Of a DNA stretch of 64,000 nucleotides, positions 12,039 to 24,563 are shown in pieces. Every line of letters starts with the position of its first letter. The stretch's first letter is position 1. This stretch comes from Chrysomallon squamiferum (taxonomy: Eukaryota; Animalia; Mollusca), in assembly GCA_012295275.1 (NCBI GenBank), contig CM022673.1:12400001-12464000 (forward strand). The letters are read 5' to 3'. Position numbers and translations under genes: made by a program. Under the pieces are notes generated by a model that did no database searches, was not told the DNA's origin, and saw nothing but the letters and a program-made list of their open reading frames with translations.

Positions 12039-15000
12039 CACACAGAGATACCTACATTTTGTTCTGATCACAAATGGAATCTGCCAATCTCTGTCATAGT
12101 TTGGTGAATGATTATCTACAAGAACGTGAAGAACACTGGAACTGAGAACAACATCACAACCATGTTGATCTGCGAGAATTTCAGTATTTGTGTCTTTACT
12201 GCATGGCTGAAAATATAAAAAAATAAAACTAAATAAATACATGCATAAATCTGTATGCATAGATTTTACATGGTCATTTATGTTCTTGTAATAAAATCAA
12301 GGTATGTAACCAGTTTGTTCACTATAGAGAAATAAAACTGTATAGAAATTACATTTCTTTAGTACAATGAGGAAAAAAATAAGAAATCTAGGTAGAGACA
12401 CCACTTCTGTAAACCTGTATGTTGTGAAAAATAATAGATTTATGTTTATATAAAATCATTTTTTCTATAAAGATGTCCATTTTGTTGTTCATGCTACAAA
12501 CAGAGGGCAGTATTTTTCCTATTAGTGACAGATAACTAGGTATTTAGTTTGTTATTGTTGTCTTGTTTTTGGAATGCAAACTGACAGTATATCATAATGT
12601 TTCTAAATAAGAAAATAATTTTTATAATTTACAGTTATTATTATTTTTCTATATATAAAAATCATTAGAAATAAATAAATAAATAAATAAAATAATAATA
12701 ATAAAAATTGTATTACAACAGTGAAGAATAATAAAAAAATGTTTACCTCATGGTTCCAAATATTTTCATCTTTCTTTGGGTATAATGGAGGGAATTGTCT
12801 CACAATTTTCTCATAACTTGTTGGTATCACTGGTTTTGTGCTTTTCATATCAGGCAGGAATACTTTGGGTTCTTGGCCCTCAAATAAACAATGATAAAAT
12901 TAAATAAATAAATAAAACTATTTGATACAGGTAATAGTAGTAGTAGTAGTAGTAGTAATAATAATAATAACAATAACAATAATAATAATACATTTGTTTT
13001 AAAGTGTATCAATAATAATAAATAATAATAAAAGTGTAATATACTAAATATATTACTTTACATAACAACAATAACAGCAATAATAGTAACGTTATTCATT
13101 TAAAATAAAATAGGAAGAATAATAACATTAGTAATTTAAAACATTAATTATAATAATTAAACAATAACAATAATATTAATTCAAAATAATAATTCAAAAT
13201 AATAATACTAATAATAATAATAATGGCAAATAATAACAACAGTAATAATAATATTAACAGTACATAGATATTAATTCATCTCTACCTTTTAATATATATA
13301 TATATTTTTTAATGATTTCTAAAGTGGAACATCCTACAAAGATATATCACAACTGTTAACATTCTAAATTTCTCACTGTTGTTACTCATAGTCATTTATG
13401 CCACTATTTCAAAATGTTGATGGTGATGGAAAAATCAGGTAAGACCCCATGAGGTAATGTTCTGTATTAATTTAAGAAGCACTGATCTACAGATATAACT
13501 TTTATATTACAATTTATTAATTTTCAGTTATTTCATACCATTTGAAGAACAGTCTTTTGAAACACCAAGTTAAAAGTTTGTCCTGGGGCTATTTTCTTCT
13601 TTATTGGAAAGACATCAGTTGTAGAGTAGTTTTTTGGATACTGGTTAACCAGATTATGTTGATGATGTAGCTTTTCCTGTTTAGAAACAAAAACAAAAAA
13701 AGAATTAATAAGCAATATCAAGAGAATATAATTTATAAATATAAATTTATTTTAATTACAAGAAGTGTTTGTATATTTCAATATCCTCAAAGCCTTGGTA
13801 TTTTGTTATATCAAAGGTTCTAGAAAAATTTAAAAATTATTTAGAAATCTGGTTCCTATCTTCACATAAGTAGTTAAACAGTCATAAATATAATTATATA
13901 TATATATATATATGTATATCAGTATTTTAAGTCACAGGAGAATATTTGTCAGTGCATTTCCTTTCACTGCTCATGTCTGGTTTATCAAAAAATATGATAT
14001 GTGCATTCCTGTCTACAGGGAAGGTGCTTATAAATTATCACTTCTTGCTAATCAGTGAGGGTAGCCTACAGAGTGGTGAATAGTGGGTTTCTCTCTGTTA
14101 ATGTTATTGATTATTACTCAAGGAAATGCACAAACAATACCAAACACTTAGTAATATATATACTGAAATATTAGTTGAGGTCATTAAACATCTATTTTAC
14201 ATTAGTGTATTTCCTGAACATGAAAATGATCACTTTTTGCTTTTCTGTGAAAAGTAGGCCCAAAAATTAGTTTCTTCTCTCATACCATTATTAATTATTA
14301 TACAAGAAAATGATACAAATAATTAGTAATTTTATGCATTAAAATGTATTAAGGGCATTAAAAATGTAGTTTTAGTTCCATGTATTTCCAGTTGGTGTCT
14401 TTTTCCACAATGATATTAAGCTATCAGACATTAAGCCAACACCAAATAACTGTTAATATATGTATTAAAATGTGCTTTAAAATTGTGTTTTTTACCTCAA
14501 TGTATTTCCTGGCATCAGGCAGTAAAGTGTTGTACTCAGCTATGGCAGATTTAGCAATGGATTCCAAACATTTCAAAAATTCACCTTGTTCTGCAGAAAC
14601 TTTAGACTGCAGAGACTGAATAGAAAAATAATATTTTTAACTAAGTTGTTATCATTTGTTATCAAAACATTTATTAATGCTTGCTGAATTTAATTTTTTT
14701 TATTAGTATTCTTTTTTGTGTAGATATAAAATGTGATATATAATGATTTTTATTTTTCTTAAATATTATTCTAATAAATAAATATAGAGATGATATACAA
14801 TTTTTAATTCAACATTAAACATGCATATTACCCATAATTTACTAATTATATCTTATATAACAGTACTGAAAATAATAGATATAGTTTTATACATGTGAAA
14901 ATGTACACAATATGTGAAATTTTCTAAAACATTTCTCAAACCATGTCTAGGCAAATTTCAGTTATAATACAGATTGAAGATGGTACCAATTATGTGCTGC

Positions 15001-16334
15001 TAATGGAATTTGCCAAATTTTGGAACATTAATACACTGTAATTATAACCTGTAAACTGTGCATGCATTAAAATAGTGCACAGCTAAACAACCAACACCAA
15101 ACAGTCTAGTGAAATTGTGTACAATGTTCCTCAGTGTAACTGCTTCATAAGATCTATTTTTTCTGTTATACTTAACACTAATCTTTCTTTTCTTGACAGT
15201 GCCAGTAGGAAATGATCCAGGGCACATTTTTCACTGCTTAGCAGCATAACAATGTCTACCAAATATTTAAAAACAAAGCACATACACAGACCTGCTGTGT
15301 ATATCGAAGATACAATGGCTGGTTGTCAAACGGATGCCTGGTAATGTGTTTGTTGCCAAGTATGTGAATTTGCTAAATCTGGGTCTTTGGTACTTTCAGG
15401 GTTTCAGAATGACAAATTTGGGAACTTCAACCTGTGCAGCTAGGGAGTTGCACTGGTATGATTTGTGTACAACATTTCTCTTTTTCTATTGGTGTACATA
15501 ATTTACTGAAGGACAGCCCCCAGCTTTAATTAGTTTTGAAAAATAGAGTAATTATATCATTGATGATGTTTAGACTATTACTTCTAGTTCTGTGAGTTCT
15601 CTGATCTCTGCTGGGGTTGGTTGTTTCTGAAATGGTGTCAAAATATATTTCTGAAATAGTTCCAGATAACGTTTCTGTTGACCATGAGTTAAAGAGGATG
15701 GTTTCTGAAGACATCTCCTAGAAAAAAAATTTAAGAAACAAAAACATTTATATATATATTGATATGCAAAATCAAAACAAATACACATGAAAACAGTGAG
15801 ACAGAGAAAGTATTTTAAAAAAACAAACACTGAAACAAAACAATAGATATATACATATATATGAATATTTTTGTTATATGTATTTATTTTATTTTATTAT
15901 TATTGTTATTTCACTGTTTAAAGGTTAATAAATCAAAAATATTGAAATAAATACTGACACACACAAGAGTCAAACACTCAAACACACATATATATATGAT
16001 GTAATTTAATAAAACAATAAATTTATGAATCTGTAACATGAAAACAAATACTATCACTAAAAATATAAACCTTAAACATTTTAACAAAAAGAGAAATGTT
16101 GCTAGAAATAATTACTTACAGCTTAGATCGGTCTTGAACCCTAGGTGGCAGTTCCTTTTTATCAACACTTTTTGTCTTAGGTGGTTTAGATTCTTGTTGA
16201 TTTTCTGACAGCTCTGTTGTGTAGCCCTGTTCATTCAGGCATCTGACAAGCCAGTCCTGAAAACTGTTTGGACCAATAACACGAAGAAAAGTTTCTTCTG
16301 TGAAGAAAACGTTCTTTCCATTTATTGGTTCCAT
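4731..16334 (-). CDS. ICE2: Little elongation complex subunit 2 (ICE2/NARG2), 14 coding exons, ~1080 aa
   Basis: Exons 16120-16334, 15582-15717, 14496-14615, 13539-13676, 12747-12878, 12056-12206, 9625-11181, 8872-9022, 8331-8458, 7211-7340, 6706-6790, 6343-6393, 5641-5724, 4731-4896. All introns are GT-AG with matching phases except one +1 indel in 8872-9022. Motifs match recalled ICE2 sequence: SKDTNTEILA..LVDNHSPNY..WQIP; KVVFLDKPL..TNREKNTLYH; PKLEYQAKFGVEQITQSE; GTYLLSH; VPWIPIDPTIILPFH..NGRVPATFEP (NARG2_C). Start codon uncertain. Confidence 0.9.
5027..5145 (-). mobile_element. Degenerate interspersed (SINE-like) repeat, copy A, in ICE2 last intron
   Basis: Reverse complement shares collinear blocks tctggtttatca / gcattcc / gggaag / tgctaa / gtagcc with 13955-14096. 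Confidence 0.55.
5641..5724 (-). CDS. ICE2: ICE2 exon 13
   Basis: ttttag| LPTGTYLLSHSKGENYVSILKSIDRQK |gtgagt; phase 2/2. Confidence 0.88.
6343..6393 (-). CDS. ICE2: ICE2 exon 12
   Basis: ttttcag| PQEFFCFLHGLFSHLK |gtaagt; phase 2/2. Confidence 0.85.
6706..6790 (-). CDS. ICE2: ICE2 exon 11
   Basis: atttcag| GRINAQTSEIIMLEDLDMTKILQPSIPF |gtgagt; phase 1/2. Confidence 0.87.
7211..7340 (-). CDS. ICE2: ICE2 exon 10
   Basis: tttcag| LYPVCIVPKLEYQAKFGVEQITQSEMSRSWMSCLIKPNTHLIR |gttaat; phase 0/1. Confidence 0.9.
8331..8458 (-). CDS. ICE2: ICE2 exon 9
   Basis: ctgtacag| DISGKRFKEPDQSKITYNLWDFSGLKLLIRTSSHGTLREYPNK |gtctca; phase 1/0. Confidence 0.85.
8872..9022 (-). CDS. ICE2: ICE2 exon 8 (contains +1 frameshift at ~8917-8926)
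   Basis: DPHRNEPENE...LDSILQLQ then, after removing one A, ..MLTTATNQPHTQCEE G|gtaatc. 151 nt lie between two phase-1 junctions. Confidence 0.7.
9625..11181 (-). CDS. ICE2: ICE2 exon 7 (large, mostly disordered central region)
   Basis: atttcag| GVSDSQQKVVFLDKPLCAKVLTNREKNTLYHKYALKAF..., contains ORF 9617..11029, ends HP G|gtgaat; phase 1/1. Confidence 0.9.
11303..11360. mobile_element. Internally deleted Tigger/pogo-like MITE remnant (~58 bp)
   Basis: CAGTGGTACCTTGTCTTACAAGTTTAATTTGTTCC ... GGGGTACCACTT; inverted AGTGGTACC ends; same TIR family as 2748-3196. Confidence 0.55.
12056..12206 (-). CDS. ICE2: ICE2 exon 6
   Basis: tttcag| PCSKDTNTEILADQHGCDVVLSSSVLHVLVDNHSPNYDRDWQIPFVIRTK T|gtaggt. 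Confidence 0.9.
12747..12878 (-). CDS. ICE2: ICE2 exon 5
   Basis: tttgag| GQEPKVFLPDMKSTKPVIPTSYEKIVRQFPPLYPKKDENIWNHE |gtaaac; phase 0/0; unusual GAG acceptor. Confidence 0.78.
13539..13676 (-). CDS. ICE2: ICE2 exon 4
   Basis: aaacag| EKLHHQHNLVNQYPKNY...LVFQKTVLQM |gtatga. Confidence 0.87.
13955..14096 (+). mobile_element. Degenerate interspersed (SINE-like) repeat, copy B, in ICE2 intron
   Basis: Inverted-orientation relative of 5027-5145 (shared collinear blocks). Confidence 0.55.
14496..14615 (-). CDS. ICE2: ICE2 exon 3
   Basis: ctattcag| SLQSKVSAEQGEFLKCLESIAKSAIAEYNTLLPDARKYIE |gtaaaa. Confidence 0.88.
15582..15717 (-). CDS. ICE2: ICE2 exon 2
   Basis: ttttctag| RCLQKPSSLTHGQQKRYLELFQKY...ELTELE |gtaata; phase 2/0. 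Confidence 0.87.
16120..16334 (-). CDS. ICE2: ICE2 first identifiable coding exon
   Basis: attttcag|A ATG; MEPINGKNVFFTEETF... resembles the ICE2 N-terminus; ends CT|gtaagt. Confidence 0.82.
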
Positions 16335-16374
16335 TCTGAAAATAAAATAGCCTGTGCTGTAAATGTTCTTCAAA

Positions 16375-16481
<107 letters not shown>

Positions 16482-17061
16482 TTTTTACTTAAAAGTTTAC
16501 ATTTCCCCGGCTTATTGACGACAAATAACTAATTTTTTAAATTTTTATTACTTTATTACTAGTAGGGTCGATCTCGCTAAGCTTCAGGCTGTTTCAAAAT
16601 CGTCCGATGACGAATTCGCGGAGTCTCTGTTATATCCTTTGGTAAAAGAAATGAAATATGTAATATATTATTACTTTTCATATTATTTCAGTATGCAATG
16701 TCATTGATATGTTATGATATAAACATCACAGTACCTTTACTAGGTAATTTCCCCCAACTTTTGCAGACGAATGAATCCATTACGATTTTGTTGATTTTAT
16801 TCCCAGCCTTAATAATTGGTGGTCCATTTATTTTCGAGTGAGTTCTATGTTCTCCTTCCTTATTCCTTTAAATGACAACAGCAATATATACTTCAAGAAT
16901 GATATAATAAGTAAAAAATAGAGTTAAACAAAAATATAGACTATTAATAAAAAAGAATATATTAGTTTTCCAATACCATAATTATGTCAATTGTGTCTTA
17001 CAACTGTTTTAGCGAAATAATTGAATGAATCCAATAAAACATTTCAAGTGCGCTCACATAT

Positions 17062-17067
<6 letters not shown>

Positions 17068-17112
<45 letters not shown>
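17068..17112. repeat. (CA)n microsatellite
   Basis: Directly visible. Confidence 0.95.
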
Positions 17113-17114
<2 letters not shown>

Positions 17115-19077
17115 TGCACATAAAAAGAATATTACCAAGAAATAAACAATAAACATTTTTTTATTTTTCAAAAATGGTTCGTTTATTTTATTCAGTTATT
17201 AAAGTAATATTTCTGAGTAATAGTTTTTACCACTTGACTTTTAGGAGCAACGTAATTCAATTGTTCTTCATTTATATTAGGCCATTCATTGAGATTTCTT
17301 TTCTTATGTTTAGCCAGATGTTGGTTTTCAATTAAAGAAAGAAATAAAAATAATAAAAGGGAAATGGCACAAAATAATGGCAAAAAGAAGTAAAGGAATA
17401 TGGAAAAAAGGAGAAAAGGTAAGTCACAAGCCTATTAAGTATTTGTATGTGAGTTGGTGTGTGTGTTTGTGCACGTGAGTGTGCGTGTTTTTCCTTGTGT
17501 ATTTAGGTGTATTTAGGTGTTTATGTGCATGTATAAATGTTATGAGGAATGCTGTTTAGCTGACAGATCAACCGCGTTTTCTTTATAATCGCCAACACTG
17601 TGTGCGTTACTAGTCGTTTCTCTCTTTATTTCTTTTCTATTTTTTTTTTTTTTTGTTATTATTATCATTTTTTTTTTCTTTCTTTCTTTAAATGCAAACA
17701 ATCTAAACAACAATAAGTCCCGTACACAAGTAGCTGAAACTAGAGTTAATGTAGGCGATATAAAAACACTGTCCACGTGAAAAGAAAATATAAACATGTT
17801 ATGTTGACCTAGAACATTTTTTAATACGACTCTTTTATGTTCATAAACTAAATATGAAAATCAATAATAATCACCACGCTGTGTTGATCGGCAAGAACCG
17901 CTTTTATTAACTACCAGACCTCAAACAGCAAGTTTTACAACTTAATCTAATTATTAGTAGTATCGCTTTAAATCACAGTTATAATTAACAAGTGATAAAA
18001 CAAAATGTAATTTCGTAGGAATAAGTGTCATATATTACCACTTTGTTTTTGTTATTAAAATTTGTTTCATTCATATTGCACGCAGAATGAGACTCGGTAC
18101 TTATAATCACTTAGAAAGAAAGACTGTAGCATGGGACAGCAAGAATCCTGAATGTTCATATTTTATATGGTCGTTCAAAACCATTACACAGTGTGAAAAA
18201 CAAGAGGTATAGTGTCAAACAGAGACCGGTTCTTAAACCAAATCACTCTTTCATTTTCGTCCCTATAGCGACTGACGTGCCATTTTGTTTTGTACCAGTA
18301 GTTTGTTCATGACGTCACAATGGGGTAACATTCTGCAAGACACTTCGTGAGTGTTACTTAATTACGTAATACCTAATCACTCGTTTTCATTAATTATCAG
18401 TTTGAAGCTGTATGCAATAATTCCGTGAATTAGATTAACATGTAGGGAATAAAGAAATGAAAGAAGTATGTAATATTACATGTGACGAGTTCTTTTCCCC
18501 AAGAACTTACTGTTATTCGCGATAATACCTGTAGGTAGATTAAACACATATTTGTTTGGATTGTGTTGGTAATGTTAACTTCCGACAGGAGAGAGACATT
18601 TTCATATATTTCGGTAAGTAAAACAAAGATATATAAATTATGGAAGCAGATGTTCCGTTCATGCATTGTCTTTCTAAAATAATAATTGATACAGTGTATT
18701 TAATATATATATATATAAAAATCGTTTTAATTTGTTAATAACTGATAGTAACAACAAAGACAATCGTTTTTGAAATTAAATATATTTTGAATACTTTGTT
18801 TATTTTACTGTTAGTAAATTCAGTCTGCCTCTCTCTTTCTTTCTCTTTCTTTCTCTCCTTCCTTCCATCCTTCTCTCTCTCTCATGCACATATATTCAAA
18901 GAGCTGTGACATTAAGCTGAATTTTTTCTTTAACTGAATATTCTTATACTTTAGAAATTAAATATTTCAATTAAAAGGATTTGTTTTTCGCTATTCCTAC
19001 AAAGTTTCCAAATACAGTCAACTTCAATTTACACAACTGAATATTAATTTTATCTCTTCTTCTATCAGTGTTAACAA

Positions 19078-19112
<35 letters not shown>

Positions 19113-19444
19113 CAGCATTAGAGTGTGCACAGCTAAACTAATTTGAATTCAGTTATCCAATAATAAATAAATAAAAACATCTATTATTTTATTTTCATGT
19201 AGTTTATCAAAATTAAATTGTATCTCTGGTAAAGGGAATAGCAGCTTAAATAGATCGTGTGAACATTTGCAAGTTAGTGTTTCGTTAGACTCAAAAGACC
19301 CAGTTGTTATTATTTTTTGTTAAATGTTTATTGTTAATTTTTATTATTTTTATTATTTTTATTTATTTTATTTTATTTTATTTTATTTTTATTGTTTATT
19401 TTTTTAAAATTATTATTATTGTTGTTGTTATTATTATTATTATC

Positions 19445-19488
<44 letters not shown>

Positions 19489-20029
19489 TTTTTTAAATCT
19501 TTTATTGTTATTTTTTTGTTTTTGTTTTGTTTTGGGGTAACATCCATTTTAAATATATATTTCATTACGAATTATTTTGAAACGCACAGTTTCATACAGA
19601 CGGACACACACACACAGAGATAAAGGGATTAGACGTACAGAGCGATTCCAGGGTTATAAAATATTTAAGCCCTTTTAATTTTGTATGGTTTTAATTGGTT
19701 ATGTGTTTGTGTTTGATCTATATATATACATATATATACACACCTTTCTGTATCTACGTTTATGCATATGCATAAGCATGTCTGTACGAGTTGCGCGCGC
19801 ATGTCTCCTTTTTTTTTTTATCAGCCACGCCTACTTCTTAATATATCTATGAACCTGTCTTATTAAGTTTTCATGTTAATATAAATTATGTTTCTTCTGA
19901 CAGCGGGGTATTTCTCGATTCCGTTGTTCACTCTGCCATAAAAAAAAACAAAAACAAAACCTGCTTTTCGTTAATATAAACATTAGCATGTATTTCAACA
20001 TTTCATTATTTTTCATATTATAATTTTCG

Positions 20030-20608
20030 CCTCCTTTTCACCACGCTGTGCGGTCAACCGCCTTTAATTGGAACCGGTAATGCTTTAGAATAACGGCGTT
20101 AATTGTTTTCTTAGCTACCGTCCGTTTGTAATTAACTATCATATAACTTATTCAGTATGTTTTCCACCAAATTTCCTTTTATTCCACTGACTGACGTGTG
20201 CTTCGTCGTTTTCGCATACATCTGCTTTCATAGCTGCCAAGGTTACCGTGAAATATACTAACATTTGACGTAACGATCATGTGATACAAGGGTGCGAGGT
20301 TTTCGCGGAAATATATTGATCGTTCATACGGTTACAGTATTAAATATCTGCGGATTATTTTCGGTTAGCTGTCGGGTATTGTGCGCATGTATTTATACCG
20401 AACAGGAATTTATAACGCTTTTCATTCGTGTCTGGAAAATAGAATTTTAATAGATTATTGTGAGATTTTAAACTGAATAAAAACAAAACACAACAACATC
20501 GGGTTAAAATTTGAAAATTGTGGTTTCAGTTCGCCCGGATATTAACAATATATCGACGAAAAAAAAAAAAAAAAAAAAAGAAGACAGAGTGATTTGTCAG
20601 ATAAAAAG
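20030..20608 (+). promoter_or_regulatory. CpG-enriched putative promoter and non-coding exon 1 of the giant Ser-rich gene
   Basis: Locally high CpG in an otherwise CpG-poor window; TGACGTG and TGACGTAA motifs; strong donor AAG|gtatgt at 20608/20609. The acceptor at 24478 needs an upstream exon. Confidence 0.45.
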
Positions 20609-21901
20609 GTATGTAAAGAAAGAAAATAGATGAAATTTCCTCCTTTGCAACTTCCTATTTTTTTATGTTGTTATTGTATTTTAATGATCATGTGGGTACA
20701 TTTTTGCGCGTTTTCTGCTATGTACTAGTATGGTATATGGAGAGTTTGTTTTTTGTTCTATATATAAACTGTGAATATAAATATATATTGCATGTATATA
20801 TATGTTTGTGTATATGTACGTATGTATATATTTTTATGTGTATGTATTTGCTTATATATATGTGTGTGTGTTTTGTTTGCGTCTGTGTATGCGTATATGC
20901 GTGAATGTCTATCTGTACGTATATGAGAAAGGGAGATATGACGTACCTCATTTGAAAATGTGTTTGAAAATGTGTTAGAACAATACTTTTGGTGCAAAAG
21001 TCTGCGTATATATAAGCGTGTATATATATATATATATATATAAAAAAAAAAAAGCCAAGTAAATCAACAGATAAATTAAATAATTAATTAATCTGTTTAT
21101 TTATCAGTCTCTCTGTATATTTGTCTGTCCACCTACATATCCGTCAGTTTATTTACCAACCTTCAATCTACTGATTTTAGCATGCGTCTTCTTCTAGCAA
21201 CAACATTTCGACAAGATAAGAACGACAATAATAAGGATATCAACAAACATAACAAAAACAGCAACAACAGTAACAATATTAACAATATGAACAAATACAA
21301 CCATAACATAATAATAATATCAAGAACAGTGACAATAACAGCAACAACGACAATGATAACAATACCGATAACAACAGTCCCATAACCGCGATAGCAGTAA
21401 CAGCGAGTTAGAAAATTAATTTCGGTCTTTGTTAACAGTGTGTACACAGTTACTTATACACCCAAACTGTTTACGAAGACACCGTGCTTGAAGGCAATGC
21501 ACGTGAAAGAGACTAAATATAATTGTCCGCCGCCACTGAAAATATTTATATAAAAGCTATAGATTAGTTTAATGCCTATAAACTGTGCATACTTAAAGCA
21601 ATACGAAATTTTAACTGGAAGAAAAAAGAAAGAGCAAAAAAGCAGCGGAAAAGATAAAAGAGAAGAACGAAATGAATAGAAAGAAACTAAACAAAAAAAT
21701 ACCGCTAATAAAATTTTTTCGAAAGAAAAGTAAATAAAAAATAATGAAAAGAAAGAAAAATTAATGATATGTGGAATAATTTTGGTTCCGTTTTATATTA
21801 TGTTTCATTTTTATATAGGTCCGCTAATGTAGTTAATTTGTAACCATTATAATATAATGTAAACGTGAAAAACTTAAATAGCACGTTTAACAGCTCAGGT
21901 T

Positions 21902-21952
<51 letters not shown>

Positions 21953-21990
21953 TAATAACAATAACAATAACAAATAACAAGAACAACATT
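21902..21990. repeat. (AAT/AAC)n microsatellite
   Basis: Directly visible. Confidence 0.9.
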
Positions 21991-23197
21991 AAAATTAAAT
22001 ATCTAAAGATATAAAATCTACCTATTTATCTCTCTCTTTTATTCTCTCTCTCTCTCTTATTATTATTATTGTTATCTTTTCACCAAATATACTCTGTACG
22101 ACTTCGTATTCTTATACATTTTCAACGTAAATCTTTAAGTGCTTCAGCTAAATCATAACATTCAATAAAACACAGCGTCAGTGATGCGTAAAACAACTTA
22201 AAGCGTTCTTTAAAGTTTGTGTAATGTTTATGACACTGTCACAATGACGACATAATGTCCTGCTTCTTAACACTTCAACTAACTTGATTTCCTGTTCCAG
22301 CGGAGATTAATTTCCTCATAGTATTATGATGATATAATTGAAAACGTAATTTAGTGCTTGTTTTGTTCGTTTTACTTCATTATGTAAATTATATGATTCT
22401 TTGAATGCAGTAGATTTCGTATCCGTTTTAACCGTATTTTGTTATTTTCCAAAGGTTCAAATCACGCAAAGTGTGGCATAAAGCTAATTGTTAGAATATT
22501 AATCTTTAATTGTAAAGAATAATTTGTATTCTGTAGTGTGTACGTCTTTGTTTGCAACTTCATTATATGATTACCAGTGTATGGTGTTTCCAAGTATGCC
22601 TGCATTGTTAATGTTTTTGTGTGAATTTTCCAACCTATGGGAAAGAGAATATAAAAATACAATGCTGCTGATCAGTGAGAGTGACCCGTGAATGTTCTAA
22701 CGCATTTTTTTTCTTCTCCTGTTTTTTTGTAATTACATCACACTATTATGTAGAAAAGAAAATTAAAAAGGGATGGCGTGTCATTAAATAAGTATTATTC
22801 CATTTATTGCAGGGTTTAGATCGTAGTCATGTTAGTATGTTAGAAAATTAGTTAAAGAGAACAAATTACATAGTGAGTTGTCTTACTCCTTCACACATAA
22901 AATTAGCTTAAAACAGGCCTCGATCCGAGCACTGTAAGGTCGAAGAATAATTTTTTTCGCGATATTGAATAATGCCAGTGTTATCTTGTATATTGTATAG
23001 TTTATGAGAGTTTAGATTTCATGTTTCTGTACGTTTTAAGATATTTGAATGAATGAATGAATTAATACATAGAGTGGGCGTATCGATGAAATGATAAACA
23101 GATGGATGGATGATAAACCAATGAATGAGCGAACAAATGTATAAGAATAAATAACATGGTATAAAATATAAAACCTTTCTTTAAAATTTAATTTAAT

Positions 23198-23232
<35 letters not shown>

Positions 23233-24145
23233 TTATCTTCATCTTGAATGTTTTTTTTTTTTTTTTTTTTTTTTTTTTTGGGGGGGGGTTGACGTTACTT
23301 TGATTTTTCGTATATTCGGCATGGAACAGAATTAGAGTGTATTATTGTGAGTTACCTTCTTAAAACGCGTGCTTTAGGCATTCGTGTTATGGGCATAATT
23401 AACTTTACCGCAAAGGACTCTCCAGAACAGTCGTCTTGCACTGGTATCCAAGAAAGTAAATTAAGCTTGTTATGTTAATTTACTATTCAGTACACGATCG
23501 TTCTGCGCTGGTTCATCTAGGTCATGACATTTTATCTTTATTTTTCTTCGAAGGATTTCCCATTAAGTGTCAATCCTATTGTGTCAAAAAAATCGACTAT
23601 CGGCGATCAGTCAACATAACAATAATTGATAGAACAATGCAAACGTTTGCCTGCGGAAGGCAAACAAACAATTTTTATTTAATTTTTTTTATATTTTTTT
23701 TATTCTTTTGCTAAATAGAAATGCCTGGCAGACAAATCAATCGTTCAACAAAATGACGCGAAAAGTACTTCTAGTGCAATCAACAAAAAAACCCAATGAT
23801 TCGTCTGCTTCAGAAATATTGTGTTTGTAGTTTTAATAGCATTCTATGCAGAATGCGACCATGCGATAAGTGTACTGTAATTACTAGTAACTAATAACGG
23901 TATTACCGTATTAGACTTCATGTCTTGATTGTCCAGAATAATCCATTTAAATCCAAAAAATACCAACAAAGTAATACCATTTCAATGATTAAAATAAACT
24001 GGTTCATTGTTTCTGAATTGTATTCTATAATGATATTTGTGAAGTGCCGATAAATGACTGTTATAATATAAAATTCCATATTAAACATTTAAGACTTCTT
24101 ACAAGATATTAAAGTAAGCCTGAGGGAGGGAGGCAGGGAGGGACG

Positions 24146-24300
<155 letters not shown>

Positions 24301-24563
24301 AGTTTTGTATTTATATACGTGTTTGGATGATTTGATGGAAGGTTAATGTGTATATAGGTGTGTGTTTTAGTAAATACCTAAATATTTAGGTATTCTCTTT
24401 AATATTTGTACATTTGTAGCTCTGTATTTTGTTCCATGAACTGTGTATTTTTTATATTTATTTCCTATTTATTTTCAGTTGAAGAAAACAGTGGCAAACA
24501 GTGGTCCAAAGAAGGCTGAAAAGTTGATATAGTGTACGAAAAAGTCTCTGAAACATTGTCACA

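Noticed and set aside
19304-21989. Hydrophobic or Asn/Tyr-rich short ORFs
   Set aside because: Translations of TTA/TTTA/AAC/TA/GT simple repeats.
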